Origin: Candidatus Krumholzibacteriia bacterium
GTDB taxonomy: Bacteria; Krumholzibacteriota; Krumholzibacteriia; LZORAL124-64-63
Direction: 5' to 3'
NCBI GenBank assembly: GCA_046484865.1
Contig: JAWOID010000130.1
Coordinates: 1 to 31,422 of the forward strand
DNA length: 31,422 nt
Of the stretch, positions 17,786 to 28,532 are shown piece by piece. The first letter of the stretch is position 1. Each line of letters opens with the position of its first letter. The notes under the pieces were generated by a model. The model searched no databases and had not been told where the DNA came from. It saw nothing but the letters and a program-made list of their open reading frames with translations. Both the position numbers and the translations under genes were made by a program.

Positions 17786-20209
17786 TCATCTCCTCCAGGT
17801 GACGGCTGGAGCGGCGAGTTCGTCGATGGCCGCCGCCAGCTCGCGGGTGTTGACCGGTTTCTGGAGGAAGCGCCGCACCCCGGCGACCCGGGCGCATTCG
17901 GCGCCGGCCTCGGCTGAGAAACCGGTCGTCATGATGATCGGCACGTCCGGGCGCACGTTGAGCAGCGCCTCGGACAGTTCGAGCCCGGTCATGCCGGGCA
18001 TGGTCTGGTCGGTGATGACCACGTCGAAGGCGTCAGGCTCGGCGGCGAATGCCGCCAGCGCGGCGGCGGGCGAGACGTGGCCCTCGACGGCGAAGCCGAG
18101 CCGCGAGAGGGCCTGCACCGCCACCTTGACGATGACCTCCTCGTCGTCCACGACCAGCACCCGGCACGACGCCGCCTCGCGCGGCCGGTCGTCGTCCTGT
18201 CCGGTCGGGTTCGCGCCCTGCACCGCGGCCACCGCCGGGAAGAGCACCGTGAACTCGCTCCCCTCGCCCGGCCGGCTCCACGCGTGGATGGCGCCGCCGT
18301 GTCTCTGCACGATGCCGTGCACGATGGCCAGGCCCAGTCCCGCTCCCTCGTTCTGCGGACGCGTGGTGAAGTACGGCTCGAAGATCCGGGCCATGACCTC
18401 GTCACTCATGCCTCGCCCCGTGTCGGCCACCCGCAGGCGCACGTGGGGACCGGGAGCCAGCTTGCTCCACGCGGCTGCCTCGCCCGCGTCCAGGTGGCAC
18501 GTGTCCAGCCGGATCGTCAGACGGCCGCTGTGATCCGACATGGCGTGGATCGCGTTGGCGCAGAGGTTCACGACCGCCTGATGGATCTGGGCGGCGTCGG
18601 CCAGGACCGGCGGGCACCGGGGATCGATGCGGGTCTCCACGGCGATGGTCGCGGGGAAGGAGCCGCGGATGTGGACCAGCGCTTCTTCCACCACCGGCTG
18701 GAGCGGCTGCGGCCGGCGCTCCTGTTCGCTGCCCCGGCCGAAGGCCAGCATCTGCTTCACCAGCTCGCCGGCCCGGCGGGCGGCGCGCAGCACCTCCTGC
18801 ATGCTGCGCGAGGCGGGGTGCCCGGCGGGAAGATCGTCGAGGGCCAGCTGCGCGTACCCCTGGAGCGCGTACAGGATGTTGTTGAAGTCGTGAGCGATGC
18901 CGCCGGCGAGCGTTCCCACGGCCTCCAGCTTCTGCGACTCGCGCAGGCTCTGCTCGAGAGCCACCTCGCGGGTGACGTCGCGCTTCACGGCCACGAAGTG
19001 GCTCACCATGCCGGCGTCGTCGCGAACCGGGGAGACCGTGACCTCCGCCACGATCAGACGGCTGTCCTTGCACCGGGTGGTCACCCGCCCGGACCAGATG
19101 TCCCCCCGCGTGATCGTGTGCCACAGGTGGTGGTAGAAGTCCGCATCGTGCGCGCCGCTGTCGAGCATGTGCGGCGTGCGGCCGACCGCTTCGTCTCGAC
19201 CGTAGCCGGTGATCCGCTCGAAGGCGGGATTCACGTACTCGATGATGCCGTGTCGGTCGGTGACGACGAAGCCCTCGGCGGCCTGCTCGATGGCCGTGGC
19301 CAGCCGCCTCAGCTCCAGCTCGGCGGCGAGCCGCTCGCTCACGTCCCGCGCCACGACGAAGACCGCCTCGCGGCCGTCCCAGAGGCCCAGGACGGCCTTG
19401 GTCTCGGTCGGCAGCCAGCGACCATCCCGTCCGAGGAAGCGCAGGTGGCGAGCCACGGCCCGTCCGTCTCTCAGTTCCGGCACGAGCGCGCGCGCCGCCG
19501 CCAGGTCGCTCTTGCCCAGGAACCTGCCGATGTGCCCACCGTGCAACTCCCGGTCCGAGTATCCCAGCTTCTCCCGTACCGCGGGATTGTGATGCTGCAG
19601 GCGCCCCTCGAGGTCCACGACCAGGATCAGGTCGTCGACGGTGTCGAACAGGGTCTGGAGATTGAGGCGCGTCTCCTGATGAGCCTCGGCCGAGCGCTGG
19701 CGGGCCAGCAGGTTTCCCACGTGCGCGACGAGGCTCTCGAGGATGCGGCACGAGTTCTCCGGCACCTCGGCGCGCGACGTGCCCGCGGTGAGCGCGGCCA
19801 CCACGCGGCCACCCACCCGCACCGGCACGCCGACGGCGGCACGCATGCCCTCGTCCACCATGGCGGGACCGAACTGCGCCCGCATCTCGGCCGCGGCCAG
19901 CCGGGTTCCGAGCAACACGCGGCGCCCGAACGACGAGTCCTCCGCCACCCGCGCCACGGCCCTGGCGAAGCTCGCAGAGATCCCGGTGTGGGCGACGAGG
20001 CGGAACTCCCCGGTGCCGAGATCGCGCTGGTAGACACCCACGCCCTCGATCCCGTCGCACTGGGCCGCGGCCATCAGCAGGGAGCGCAGCGCCGCCACCG
20101 GGTCGCTGGCGGCACCCAGGTCGCGGGCGATGTCCTGGTGCAGGCGCAGCAGCCGCTGCAGGTCGGCCCTGGCTGGCTGGTCGCCGCGATTTCCCTTGTC
20201 CCTCTTCAA
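17786..20209 (-). CDS. GAF-PAS-PAS hybrid sensor histidine kinase with receiver
   Basis: LAGGIAHDFNNIL, NLCANA, DTGRGM, FEPYFTT, GAGLGLAIV; receiver VVDDE...ITDQTMP...QKP; TTG start with AGGAG RBS. Confidence 0.92.
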   Translation of the reverse strand: MKRDKGNRGDQPARADLQRLLRLHQDIARDLGAASDPVAALRSLLMAAAQCDGIEGVGVYQRDLGTGEFRLVAHTGISASFARAVARVAEDSSFGRRVLLGTRLAAAEMRAQFGPAMVDEGMRAAVGVPVRVGGRVVAALTAGTSRAEVPENSCRILESLVAHVGNLLARQRSAEAHQETRLNLQTLFDTVDDLILVVDLEGRLQHHNPAVREKLGYSDRELHGGHIGRFLGKSDLAAARALVPELRDGRAVARHLRFLGRDGRWLPTETKAVLGLWDGREAVFVVARDVSERLAAELELRRLATAIEQAAEGFVVTDRHGIIEYVNPAFERITGYGRDEAVGRTPHMLDSGAHDADFYHHLWHTITRGDIWSGRVTTRCKDSRLIVAEVTVSPVRDDAGMVSHFVAVKRDVTREVALEQSLRESQKLEAVGTLAGGIAHDFNNILYALQGYAQLALDDLPAGHPASRSMQEVLRAARRAGELVKQMLAFGRGSEQERRPQPLQPVVEEALVHIRGSFPATIAVETRIDPRCPPVLADAAQIHQAVVNLCANAIHAMSDHSGRLTIRLDTCHLDAGEAAAWSKLAPGPHVRLRVADTGRGMSDEVMARIFEPYFTTRPQNEGAGLGLAIVHGIVQRHGGAIHAWSRPGEGSEFTVLFPAVAAVQGANPTGQDDDRPREAASCRVLVVDDEEVIVKVAVQALSRLGFAVEGHVSPAAALAAFAAEPDAFDVVITDQTMPGMTGLELSEALLNVRPDVPIIMTTGFSAEAGAECARVAGVRRFLQKPVNTRELAAAIDELAAPAVTWRR

Positions 20210-20377
20210 CGCGCTCCTGCTTCCCCGAACGGACCTGGGATCATCCGGCGCTCGTCACCTGCGGGCGGCGCGGACGGACGGCGACGCCGGCGTCGCCGGC
20301 GGTGTCGGCGGGCGGAGCCCCGGCACCGGGACACCGGAGGGACTGGCCGTCCCTCCGGGTCGTCGTCGTCGCGCGTT

Positions 20378-20404
20378 GTATCGGATGATTCCGCAGGGCG
20401 TTGA
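20378..20404 (-). promoter_or_regulatory. Putative sigma28 (FliA/SigD-type) promoter for the HK-RR-DGC operon
   Basis: Minus strand reads TCAA-N15-TCCGATAC, against the consensus TAAA/TCAA-N15-GCCGATAA; about 170 bp upstream of the kinase start. Confidence 0.4.
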
Positions 20405-20474
20405 GCGCGGGATATCCCTAGCCTGCTGCCGCGTCATGCACGGCGGCAGACCCCCGGGGATCTGGCAGCGACCG

Positions 20475-21068
20475 TCACGTCCCCGCCGGCCGACGCGGCC
20501 CCCACCCCTTGACCAGCAGGTAGACGCCGAGGGCCACCGCTCCCAGCGGCCACCACTCCTGCAGCCACTCCAGCGACACGTCGAACCTGGTGTGGAGGAA
20601 CAGGATCGAGCCCGCGACGATGAGCCCCACGCCCCAGGCCCGGCTGGCACCGCCGGCGGGGAGCGCGATGTGCTCCGGCAGTTCCTCCGGGGCCAGCCCG
20701 TCGAGCAGCCGGTTGTAGGCGCTGGCCCGGCGTGCGGCGTCGATCATGTTGAAGAGCCAGAAGAACGCCAGAAACAGGCCGAAGAACGGCTGGAGCCCGG
20801 GGATGTCGCCGGAGGCGAGCAGTGCGATGATCGCCGCCACGGTGGCGATGTGCAGGAACGCCTGCTGGTAATAACCGACGTAGACCTGGCCGAGCCCCGG
20901 CATGAGCGAGAGGAAAGCCGCCAGTTGCGGCACCTTGTACGGGAGATCCTCGCGGCGGGCCCGGCTGTGCGCCCGGCCAGTGCCGGCGGGGGCAGCGCGC
21001 TCGGTAGAGCCCTCGAGCGCCGCAGCGGTTGCGGGATGGCTGTTCTCGTGATCGCGGGTGCTGTCCAT
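20475..21068 (-). CDS. Membrane protein (TM2-like N-terminal part, LiaF/DUF5668-like C-terminal part)
   Basis: LAAFLSLMPGLGQVYVG; GLIVAGSILFLH...EWWPLGAVALGVYLL; AGGAG RBS; third gene of the ECF operon. Confidence 0.75.
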   Translation of the reverse strand: MDSTRDHENSHPATAAALEGSTERAAPAGTGRAHSRARREDLPYKVPQLAAFLSLMPGLGQVYVGYYQQAFLHIATVAAIIALLASGDIPGLQPFFGLFLAFFWLFNMIDAARRASAYNRLLDGLAPEELPEHIALPAGGASRAWGVGLIVAGSILFLHTRFDVSLEWLQEWWPLGAVALGVYLLVKGWGPRRPAGT

Positions 21069-21109
21069 GTCGAGACTCCTTCTCGCGGCGACGTGCATCG
21101 CCGCGCGCA

Positions 21110-22168
21110 TCAGCGGCCGCGGGTCCCGGGGGCGGATCCCCCCGGCACACTCCCGGCCCCGTCGTTCAGACCCTCCGGATGCCACCACCGACGCCAGGTC
21201 GACCCGAGGGACGCGCCGGCGGCTCTCGCGCTCTCCAGGGCCTGCGGCCAGCGGCCGTCGCGGATCTGCTCCAGCGCCGCGCCGGTCTGCCGCCGGAAAC
21301 GTCCCCAGGCTGGATCGGCCGCGGCGGTGCGTCGCCGCAGGTCGCCGCGCACCGAGCCGGCCGCGCCGTCCAGCTCCCGGCCCACGCTGCCCAGCGACGC
21401 CGACGTCCAGGTGGCGAGATGGACCGGCAGCGTGCCTGCCACGCCGATCTCGCGCAGCTCGCCGGGCCCCGCCCGCACGATCGTCAGCGCCTGGTCCGGA
21501 ACCTGGCGCAGGGGCGACGCCGGCGTTCCGGCGAGCGCCACCACAACCAGCGTGGCCACGTAGGCGAGCTCGAGCGCGAAGCGCGGCCGCTGCCACCAGC
21601 GATTCCACGTCTGCTCGGTGCGCGTCCGCTGGCATCGCGCCCACCGGACGGCGCGACGCTCCAGCGAGCGTCGCCGCACCAGCGGCCGCGTGCGCGCGAG
21701 GATCGCGTCCGTCAATGCGTGCGCGGGCTCCACCTCCGCCAGCTGCGGCAGCACGGGCGTGATCCAGCTCAGAACCTCCGCCAGATCGCGACAGGGGCCG
21801 CAGTTCTCCAGATGCCCGCGCAACAGCGCCCGGCTGCCGGGGTCGACGAGGTCGGCGTCGATGTCCGACCCGGCGCAGCCGCTTCGCGCCGGCTCCCCTG
21901 CCGCCGGCCCGGCCTCCCCCGCCAGGGACAGCAGCGCCTCGGCGCGAGGACAGGCGGAACCGCTGGTGCGCGCCAGGACGTCGCCCACCAGATCGGGCGT
22001 CGTGCCGGAACTCAGCGCCGCGAGGGCATCCGCGGCCGCGTCCATCAGTCGCCGGCAAGCGGCACAGGTCGCCAGATGCTCCGCCACGGCGTTCCGCTCG
22101 GTCCGGGGCAACGTCCCGTCCAGATAGGCGTCCAGCCGTGCGGCGGTCCTGGCACAGGCTCCGCTCAC
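21110..22168 (-). CDS. Zinc-binding anti-sigma factor (two zf-HC2/ZAS motifs), single TM
   Basis: EHLATCAAC and GHLENCGPC; TM segment LAYVATLVVVALAG; GTG start overlaps the sigma factor TGA (GTGA). Confidence 0.8.
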   Translation of the reverse strand: MSGACARTAARLDAYLDGTLPRTERNAVAEHLATCAACRRLMDAAADALAALSSGTTPDLVGDVLARTSGSACPRAEALLSLAGEAGPAAGEPARSGCAGSDIDADLVDPGSRALLRGHLENCGPCRDLAEVLSWITPVLPQLAEVEPAHALTDAILARTRPLVRRRSLERRAVRWARCQRTRTEQTWNRWWQRPRFALELAYVATLVVVALAGTPASPLRQVPDQALTIVRAGPGELREIGVAGTLPVHLATWTSASLGSVGRELDGAAGSVRGDLRRRTAAADPAWGRFRRQTGAALEQIRDGRWPQALESARAAGASLGSTWRRWWHPEGLNDGAGSVPGGSAPGTRGR

Positions 22169-22764
22169 CACGCCACCTCCACGCCGGCGTCGAGGCCATC
22201 CCGACCGGTGCCGCCGCCCTGCTGCATCGCCAGGACCGCCCGGGCCAGTTCCACCCGCGCACGGCTCGAGCGCGATTTCACCGTGCCCAGCGGCAGGTCG
22301 AGGATCCTCGCGATCTCCTCCAGCGGCAGCCCCTGGATGTCCTTCAGCAGGACGATCTCCTTGTTGATCTTGCTGAGAGTCTGCAAGGCTCTCAGCACCA
22401 GGCGCTTGCGCCGATCGCGGAGGAATTCCTCCTCCGGGTCGGGGCCCCGATGGACCAGATCCACCATCTCCTCCGCCGGAATGTCCTGCCGGGGCGGGCG
22501 CGCTCGGCGGCGGCGCAGATGATCGATGCCGGCGTTCCGGGCGATGCGCAGCAACCAGGAGACGAACCGGTCCGGATCCTCGCAGGTGTGGAGCTTGCGG
22601 AAGACGCGCACGAAGATCTCCTGGGCCAGGTCGCGAGCCTCGTCGACCGCGCCGGTGTAGCCCAGCGCCACGGCATACACGCGTGCCTGATGCTCCCTCA
22701 CGAGCGCCTCCCAGGCCAGTTCGTCGCCGTCCCGGCAACGTTGCAGCAGTTCCGCGATCTCCAT
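22165..22764 (-). CDS. ECF RNA polymerase sigma factor
   Basis: GDELAWEALV, ARDLAQEIFVRVF, SWLLRIARN, region 4 EEIARILDLPLGTVKSRSSRAR. Confidence 0.93.
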   Translation of the reverse strand: MEIAELLQRCRDGDELAWEALVREHQARVYAVALGYTGAVDEARDLAQEIFVRVFRKLHTCEDPDRFVSWLLRIARNAGIDHLRRRRARPPRQDIPAEEMVDLVHRGPDPEEEFLRDRRKRLVLRALQTLSKINKEIVLLKDIQGLPLEEIARILDLPLGTVKSRSSRARVELARAVLAMQQGGGTGRDGLDAGVEVAW

Positions 22765-22861
22765 GCCGCTCCGGATCGTCGTTCCCGTCCCAAGCTCCGC
22801 GTGAGTCCGATCGCCGGGATGCCTCGACTCCGTCTCAGCGATCCGCATTCCAAACCATACA

Positions 22862-22886
22862 GACGCACGGTAGCGAACCCGGGTTC
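22862..22886 (-). promoter_or_regulatory. Putative autoregulatory ECF promoter
   Basis: Minus strand GAAC-N17-CGTC about 100 bp upstream of the sigma ATG; matches the general ECF AAC/CGT pattern. Confidence 0.55.
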
Positions 22887-23029
22887 GGTCGGAAAACGGA
22901 ATTCTCGCGCTGCCGTCGGGGTGCATCCGGTCGGATCGTAGGGCCGCCACCCAGGGCGGGCGGACCGCTCGCCGGATAACCTGCCTGGGTTGGAAGGCTC
23001 GAACGGGAAGATCGATCGGGGAGGGGACC

Positions 23030-24931
23030 ATGAAGAAGACCGGAATGGCGACCCGCCGTGTGGCCGGGCTGGCGGCGGCGATCGTCCTGCTGGCCGGCGG
23101 CGGCTTGATGGCGACCGGATGCGGCGGCGACGACACCGAGACCACCCAGCGCACCGACCGGCCGGGTCGACAGGGCGCGGACGAGACCGCCGAGGTGGGC
23201 CGGACCGACGATCAGGCCGACGGCACCCTGGCATCCGAAGAGCAGCCGGACCGCCACGGCGAGACCGGCGAGCGGGACCAGGTCACGGCGGAGGACCTGG
23301 CGCGCGAGGAACCGATGGTCTCCGAGGAGTCCGTCGAGCGCGAGGGCGACCGGACCCGTTACAGCCTGGCGTTTCCCACCGGCGAGCGGGAGTCGAGCGC
23401 GCTGCTCATCGAGAAGTCCATGCCCGAACGTGCCCTCGCCGGCGAGCTGGTGGACTACAGCATCCAGGTGACCAACCTGACGGACGCGCCGCTGGCCGAC
23501 GTCTGGGTGGCGGAAGCCATGTACGGCGGCGTCGAGTTCGACAGCTCGCAGCCCCAGGGGCAGCCCAGCCCCGACGCTCCGCAGGACGTGCGCTGGCAGG
23601 TGGGCATGATGGAACCGGGCGAGAGCCGGACCATCGACGTGCGTGCGGTGGCACGCGAGCCCGGAAAGAACCTGACCTGCGTGACTGCCGGCTACGCGCC
23701 GGCACTGTGTGCCATCATGCAGGTGGTGGACCCCGAGCTGGAGGTGAGCAAGGCCGGCCCGGACATGATCTACGCCTGCGAGGAACTGACCTGGAACTAC
23801 CGGGTGACCAATCAGGGCACCGGTTCGGCCCGCGAGGTGGTGGTCCGCGACGAGTTGCCCGAAGGCCTCGAGACCACCGATGGCGATCGCATCGTGGTGC
23901 AGGAGATCGGCGACTTGTCCGCCGGCGAGACGCGCGAGTTCTCGGCGGCGCTGCGTCCCACCTCGCCGGGCGAATTCGGGAGTCGCGCGGTGGCGGAGTC
24001 GCAGACCTCGCGATCGGCGTCCGAGAGGGTGACCACTCGCGTGGTCGAGCCGCAACTGGATCTGCGGGTCAGCGGCCCGGAGTACGCCTACCCCGGCCGT
24101 CCGACCACCTTCACGGTGGAGGTCACGAACAACGGCGAGGCGCCGGCGCGCGAGGTGACGGTCCTGCTGGAGACGCCCGATCTCGACCGCGATCCGGAGC
24201 CGCGCCGCATCGACCAGATCGAGCCCGGAAACACCCGCAGCTTCAACGTCACCCTCGAGGCGCGCGAGCCGCAGCAGTTGCGCCTGGCGGCCCGCACGGA
24301 GTCCTTCTGTGCGCGCGAGGCCGAGGACACCATCGTGACGGCCGTGCGCGGCCTGCCGGCCCTCCTGGTCGAGGTGGTGGACGAGCGCGACCCGATTCCC
24401 GCCGGTGAGAACACGGTCTATGCCTTGACCGTGGAGAACCAGGGTTCGGCCGAGGCCACCAACGTCCGGCTGCGGGCCGATGTCCCCGAGGGCATGAGCT
24501 TCGTCGACGCCCGTGGTGCTTCCCAGGTCGACGAGAGCGGCGGACAGCTGGCGTTCGAGCCGATCGACCGGCTCGGCCCCGGCGACGTCGAGGTCTGGCA
24601 CCTGCTCATGCGCGGCGATGATCCGGGCAACAAGCGATTCCGGGTCGAGGTCCTGAGCGACTTCCTCGAACGCCCCGTCCCCACGGTCGAGCCGACGCGG
24701 GTGATCGCCGCCGGACAGGCTCCCGAGCAGGACCAGCCCCGGTACGGGAGCGGCAGCGATCAGCAGTGGTGGCAGAGTTATGACGATGAGCAGCTGGACC
24801 GCGATCGACAGCCGGACCAGGACCGGAGCCGGTACCAGCAACGTCCTCAGCGTCCCCGGGCGCAGGACCCCGATCCGTGGTGGCGTGAGTACCAGGGCCG
24901 CGGGTCGCAGGAATCCGGCGGCGGCCGCTGA
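23030..24931 (+). CDS. Lipoprotein with tandem DUF11/Ig-like repeats (OmcB-like)
   Basis: Signal peptide with lipobox LMATG-C; repeated YSIQVTN, YRVTNQG, FTVEVTNNG and YALTVENQGS units; acidic tether and Q/R/D-rich tail; GGAGG RBS. Confidence 0.8.
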   Translation: MKKTGMATRRVAGLAAAIVLLAGGGLMATGCGGDDTETTQRTDRPGRQGADETAEVGRTDDQADGTLASEEQPDRHGETGERDQVTAEDLAREEPMVSEESVEREGDRTRYSLAFPTGERESSALLIEKSMPERALAGELVDYSIQVTNLTDAPLADVWVAEAMYGGVEFDSSQPQGQPSPDAPQDVRWQVGMMEPGESRTIDVRAVAREPGKNLTCVTAGYAPALCAIMQVVDPELEVSKAGPDMIYACEELTWNYRVTNQGTGSAREVVVRDELPEGLETTDGDRIVVQEIGDLSAGETREFSAALRPTSPGEFGSRAVAESQTSRSASERVTTRVVEPQLDLRVSGPEYAYPGRPTTFTVEVTNNGEAPAREVTVLLETPDLDRDPEPRRIDQIEPGNTRSFNVTLEAREPQQLRLAARTESFCAREAEDTIVTAVRGLPALLVEVVDERDPIPAGENTVYALTVENQGSAEATNVRLRADVPEGMSFVDARGASQVDESGGQLAFEPIDRLGPGDVEVWHLLMRGDDPGNKRFRVEVLSDFLERPVPTVEPTRVIAAGQAPEQDQPRYGSGSDQQWWQSYDDEQLDRDRQPDQDRSRYQQRPQRPRAQDPDPWWREYQGRGSQESGGGR

Positions 24932-24984
24932 CCCCGAGCCGAACGGCGTCCGGCGGTGACCACCGCCCCAGCGCCGGTTCACGC

Positions 24985-25018
24985 AGAAGCCCGACCCGCA
25001 GCCACGGGTCGGGCTTCT
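24985..25018. terminator. Strong hairpin between convergent genes, likely terminator
   Basis: Perfect 14-bp stem agaagcccgacccg / cgggtcgggcttct with a 6-nt loop, followed by a pyrimidine-rich run on +. Confidence 0.75.
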
Positions 25019-25074
25019 TGCTCTCTGTCCGCAGCCGGTGCGAGCCGCCTCGCCCGCTCCCGGCCGCAGGTCCT

Positions 25075-26415
<1,341 letters not shown>

Positions 26416-26491
26416 CGCGCCCTTCCTTTGCAGGGTTTCGGCCGGGTCGAAGCGGGTCGGCCGAGGCCGGTCGGATTGCTCGCCGGGGCGC

Positions 26492-26520
26492 ATCATACCG
26501 AGCCGCTCGCCGGTTTTCAA
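26492..26520 (-). promoter_or_regulatory. Sigma70-type promoter for icd
   Basis: Minus strand TTGAAA-N17-TATGAT, about 75 bp upstream of the ATG, conspicuous in GC-rich DNA. Confidence 0.65.
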
Positions 26521-26624
26521 CCACGACCGTCGGGAACCGGCGGTCCCCGCCTGCCCGGACCATCCGCTGGCGGTGCCCCTGAACCGCGGCTTCGTTGTGC
26601 CGCAACGGAAAGGAGCCCCGAACG

Positions 26625-28532
26625 GTGCTCGACCTGGTGGTCGTCCTGGCATTCGCGATCTACGCCGTCGGTTCCGGTCTACGGGCGCGCAAGCAGGCGT
26701 CGCGGAACCTGCAGGAGTACTTCCTGGCGGGCAAGACCATCCCCGGCTGGAAGGCCGGCTTCTCGATGGCCGCCACCCAGTTCGCCGCCGACACCCCGCT
26801 GCTCGTCACGGGCCTGGTGGCGACCGCCGGAGTGTTCGCGCTGTGGCGGCTGTGGATCTACGGGCTGGCCTTCCTGATGATGGCTTTCGTGTTCGCCGCC
26901 GGCTGGCGCCGGGGCGGGGTGCTCACCGACGCCGAGTTCACCGAAGTCCGCTACAGCGGCCGGGGCGTGCTGCCCCTGCGCGTGCTCAAGGCCATCTACT
27001 ACGGCACGGTGATCAACTGCGTGGTGATGGCCATGGTGCTGGTGGCCGCCGTCCGCATCGCCGAGATCTTCCTGCCGTGGCACCGGTGGCTGCCGGCCGG
27101 AGTGCACGACGCGTTCATCGGACTGGCGACGGGTCTGGGCCTGACGTTCGGCGGCGTCACCGGACTCGCGCCGGAGATCGCCACCGCGAACAACCTGATC
27201 TCCATCCTGGTGGTCCTCGGGTTCACCGCCATGTACTCCACCACCGGCGGCCTGCGCGCGGTCGTGAACACGGACGTGGGGCAGTTCCTGCTGGCGATGG
27301 TGGGCACGGGCGTCTATGCCGGATACGTGGTGGCGGAGGTGGGCGGGCTGGGCGCCCTGTCCGGCCGGGTGGTCGAGCTCTACGGGCGCGAGCAGGCCGA
27401 GACGATGCTCTCGTTCGGGCCGCAGGACGCCAGCGCGCAGGTGCTGCTGCCGTTCCTGGTCATCGTCGGCCTGCAGTGGTTCTTCCAGATGAACTCCGAC
27501 GGCACCGGTTACCTGGCCCAGCGCTCCATGGCGTGCCGCACCGACCGCGACGCGCGGACGGCGGGCGTCGTCTTCGCCTGGGTCCAGATCTTCCTGCGCA
27601 GCCTGTTCTGGCTGGTGATCGCGGTGGGGCTGCTGGTGCTCCATCCGATCGAGAGCGCCGCGACCGCCGGGGATGGGTTCGCCGCCGCTCGCGAGATCCT
27701 CTTCGTCACGGGCATCGACGAGCTGCTTCCACCGGGCCTGCGCGGTCTCATGCTGGTGGGGCTGCTCGCGGCGCTGGCGTCCACCGTGGACACGCACCTG
27801 AACTGGGGCGCTTCGTACTGGAGCAACGACGTCTACGACCGGTTCGTCTGCCGGCACTGGTTGCGGCGGGAGCCGCGCGGCGGCGAGCTGGTGATCGTGG
27901 CGCGTCTCTCGAACATCCTCATCCTGGCGATCGCCATCGCCATCATGGCCAATCTCGGATCCATCCAGACCGCCTGGTTCATGTCGCTGCTCTTCGGAGC
28001 GGGGATGGGGTCGGTGCTGGTCCTGCGCTGGCTCTGGGAACGGATCAACCTCTATTCCGAGCTGGCCGCCATCGGCGCCTCGCTGATCACGGCGCCCCTG
28101 CTGCTGCTCGCCACGGGCACGCAGCCCGAGGACGAATGGATCCGGCTCGGCACCATGGCGCTGGTCACCACCGTGGCGGCGGTGGGCGTGACCTGGATCA
28201 CCCCCCGCACCAGCGAGGCGGTTCGCCTGCGGTTCTACCGGCGGGTGCGGCCGGTGGGGTTCTGGGCGGAGACCGCGCGGCTGGCAGGCGACGCCCCGGG
28301 CGCGCCATTGCGAGAATTCGCGCTGCGGGTGCGGTCGCTGGCTTTCACGGCGGCCTCGCTCTTCCTGGCGCTCCTGGGCGTGGGACAACTGGTGATCCGC
28401 GCCCCCGACGCCTCGCCGGCGTGGAGCTGGGCGATGGTGGTCATCGCCGCGGCGCTGGTCCCCGTCTGGTTGCCGGCGGTGCGCAGGCGGGATTTGACGA
28501 TCGATCGCTCCGCGTCGCCGGATCACCCCTGA
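26625..28532 (+). CDS. Sodium:solute symporter (SSS family)
   Basis: [47 protein letters not shown]; many TM segments; AGGAG RBS before GTG 26625. Confidence 0.92.
   Translation: MLDLVVVLAFAIYAVGSGLRARKQASRNLQEYFLAGKTIPGWKAGFSMAATQFAADTPLLVTGLVATAGVFALWRLWIYGLAFLMMAFVFAAGWRRGGVLTDAEFTEVRYSGRGVLPLRVLKAIYYGTVINCVVMAMVLVAAVRIAEIFLPWHRWLPAGVHDAFIGLATGLGLTFGGVTGLAPEIATANNLISILVVLGFTAMYSTTGGLRAVVNTDVGQFLLAMVGTGVYAGYVVAEVGGLGALSGRVVELYGREQAETMLSFGPQDASAQVLLPFLVIVGLQWFFQMNSDGTGYLAQRSMACRTDRDARTAGVVFAWVQIFLRSLFWLVIAVGLLVLHPIESAATAGDGFAAAREILFVTGIDELLPPGLRGLMLVGLLAALASTVDTHLNWGASYWSNDVYDRFVCRHWLRREPRGGELVIVARLSNILILAIAIAIMANLGSIQTAWFMSLLFGAGMGSVLVLRWLWERINLYSELAAIGASLITAPLLLLATGTQPEDEWIRLGTMALVTTVAAVGVTWITPRTSEAVRLRFYRRVRPVGFWAETARLAGDAPGAPLREFALRVRSLAFTAASLFLALLGVGQLVIRAPDASPAWSWAMVVIAAALVPVWLPAVRRRDLTIDRSASPDHP

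Noticed and set aside
28523..28532. 10-bp 3' overlap of the SSS gene and copA
   Set aside because: Short convergent overlaps are common and imply no shared function.
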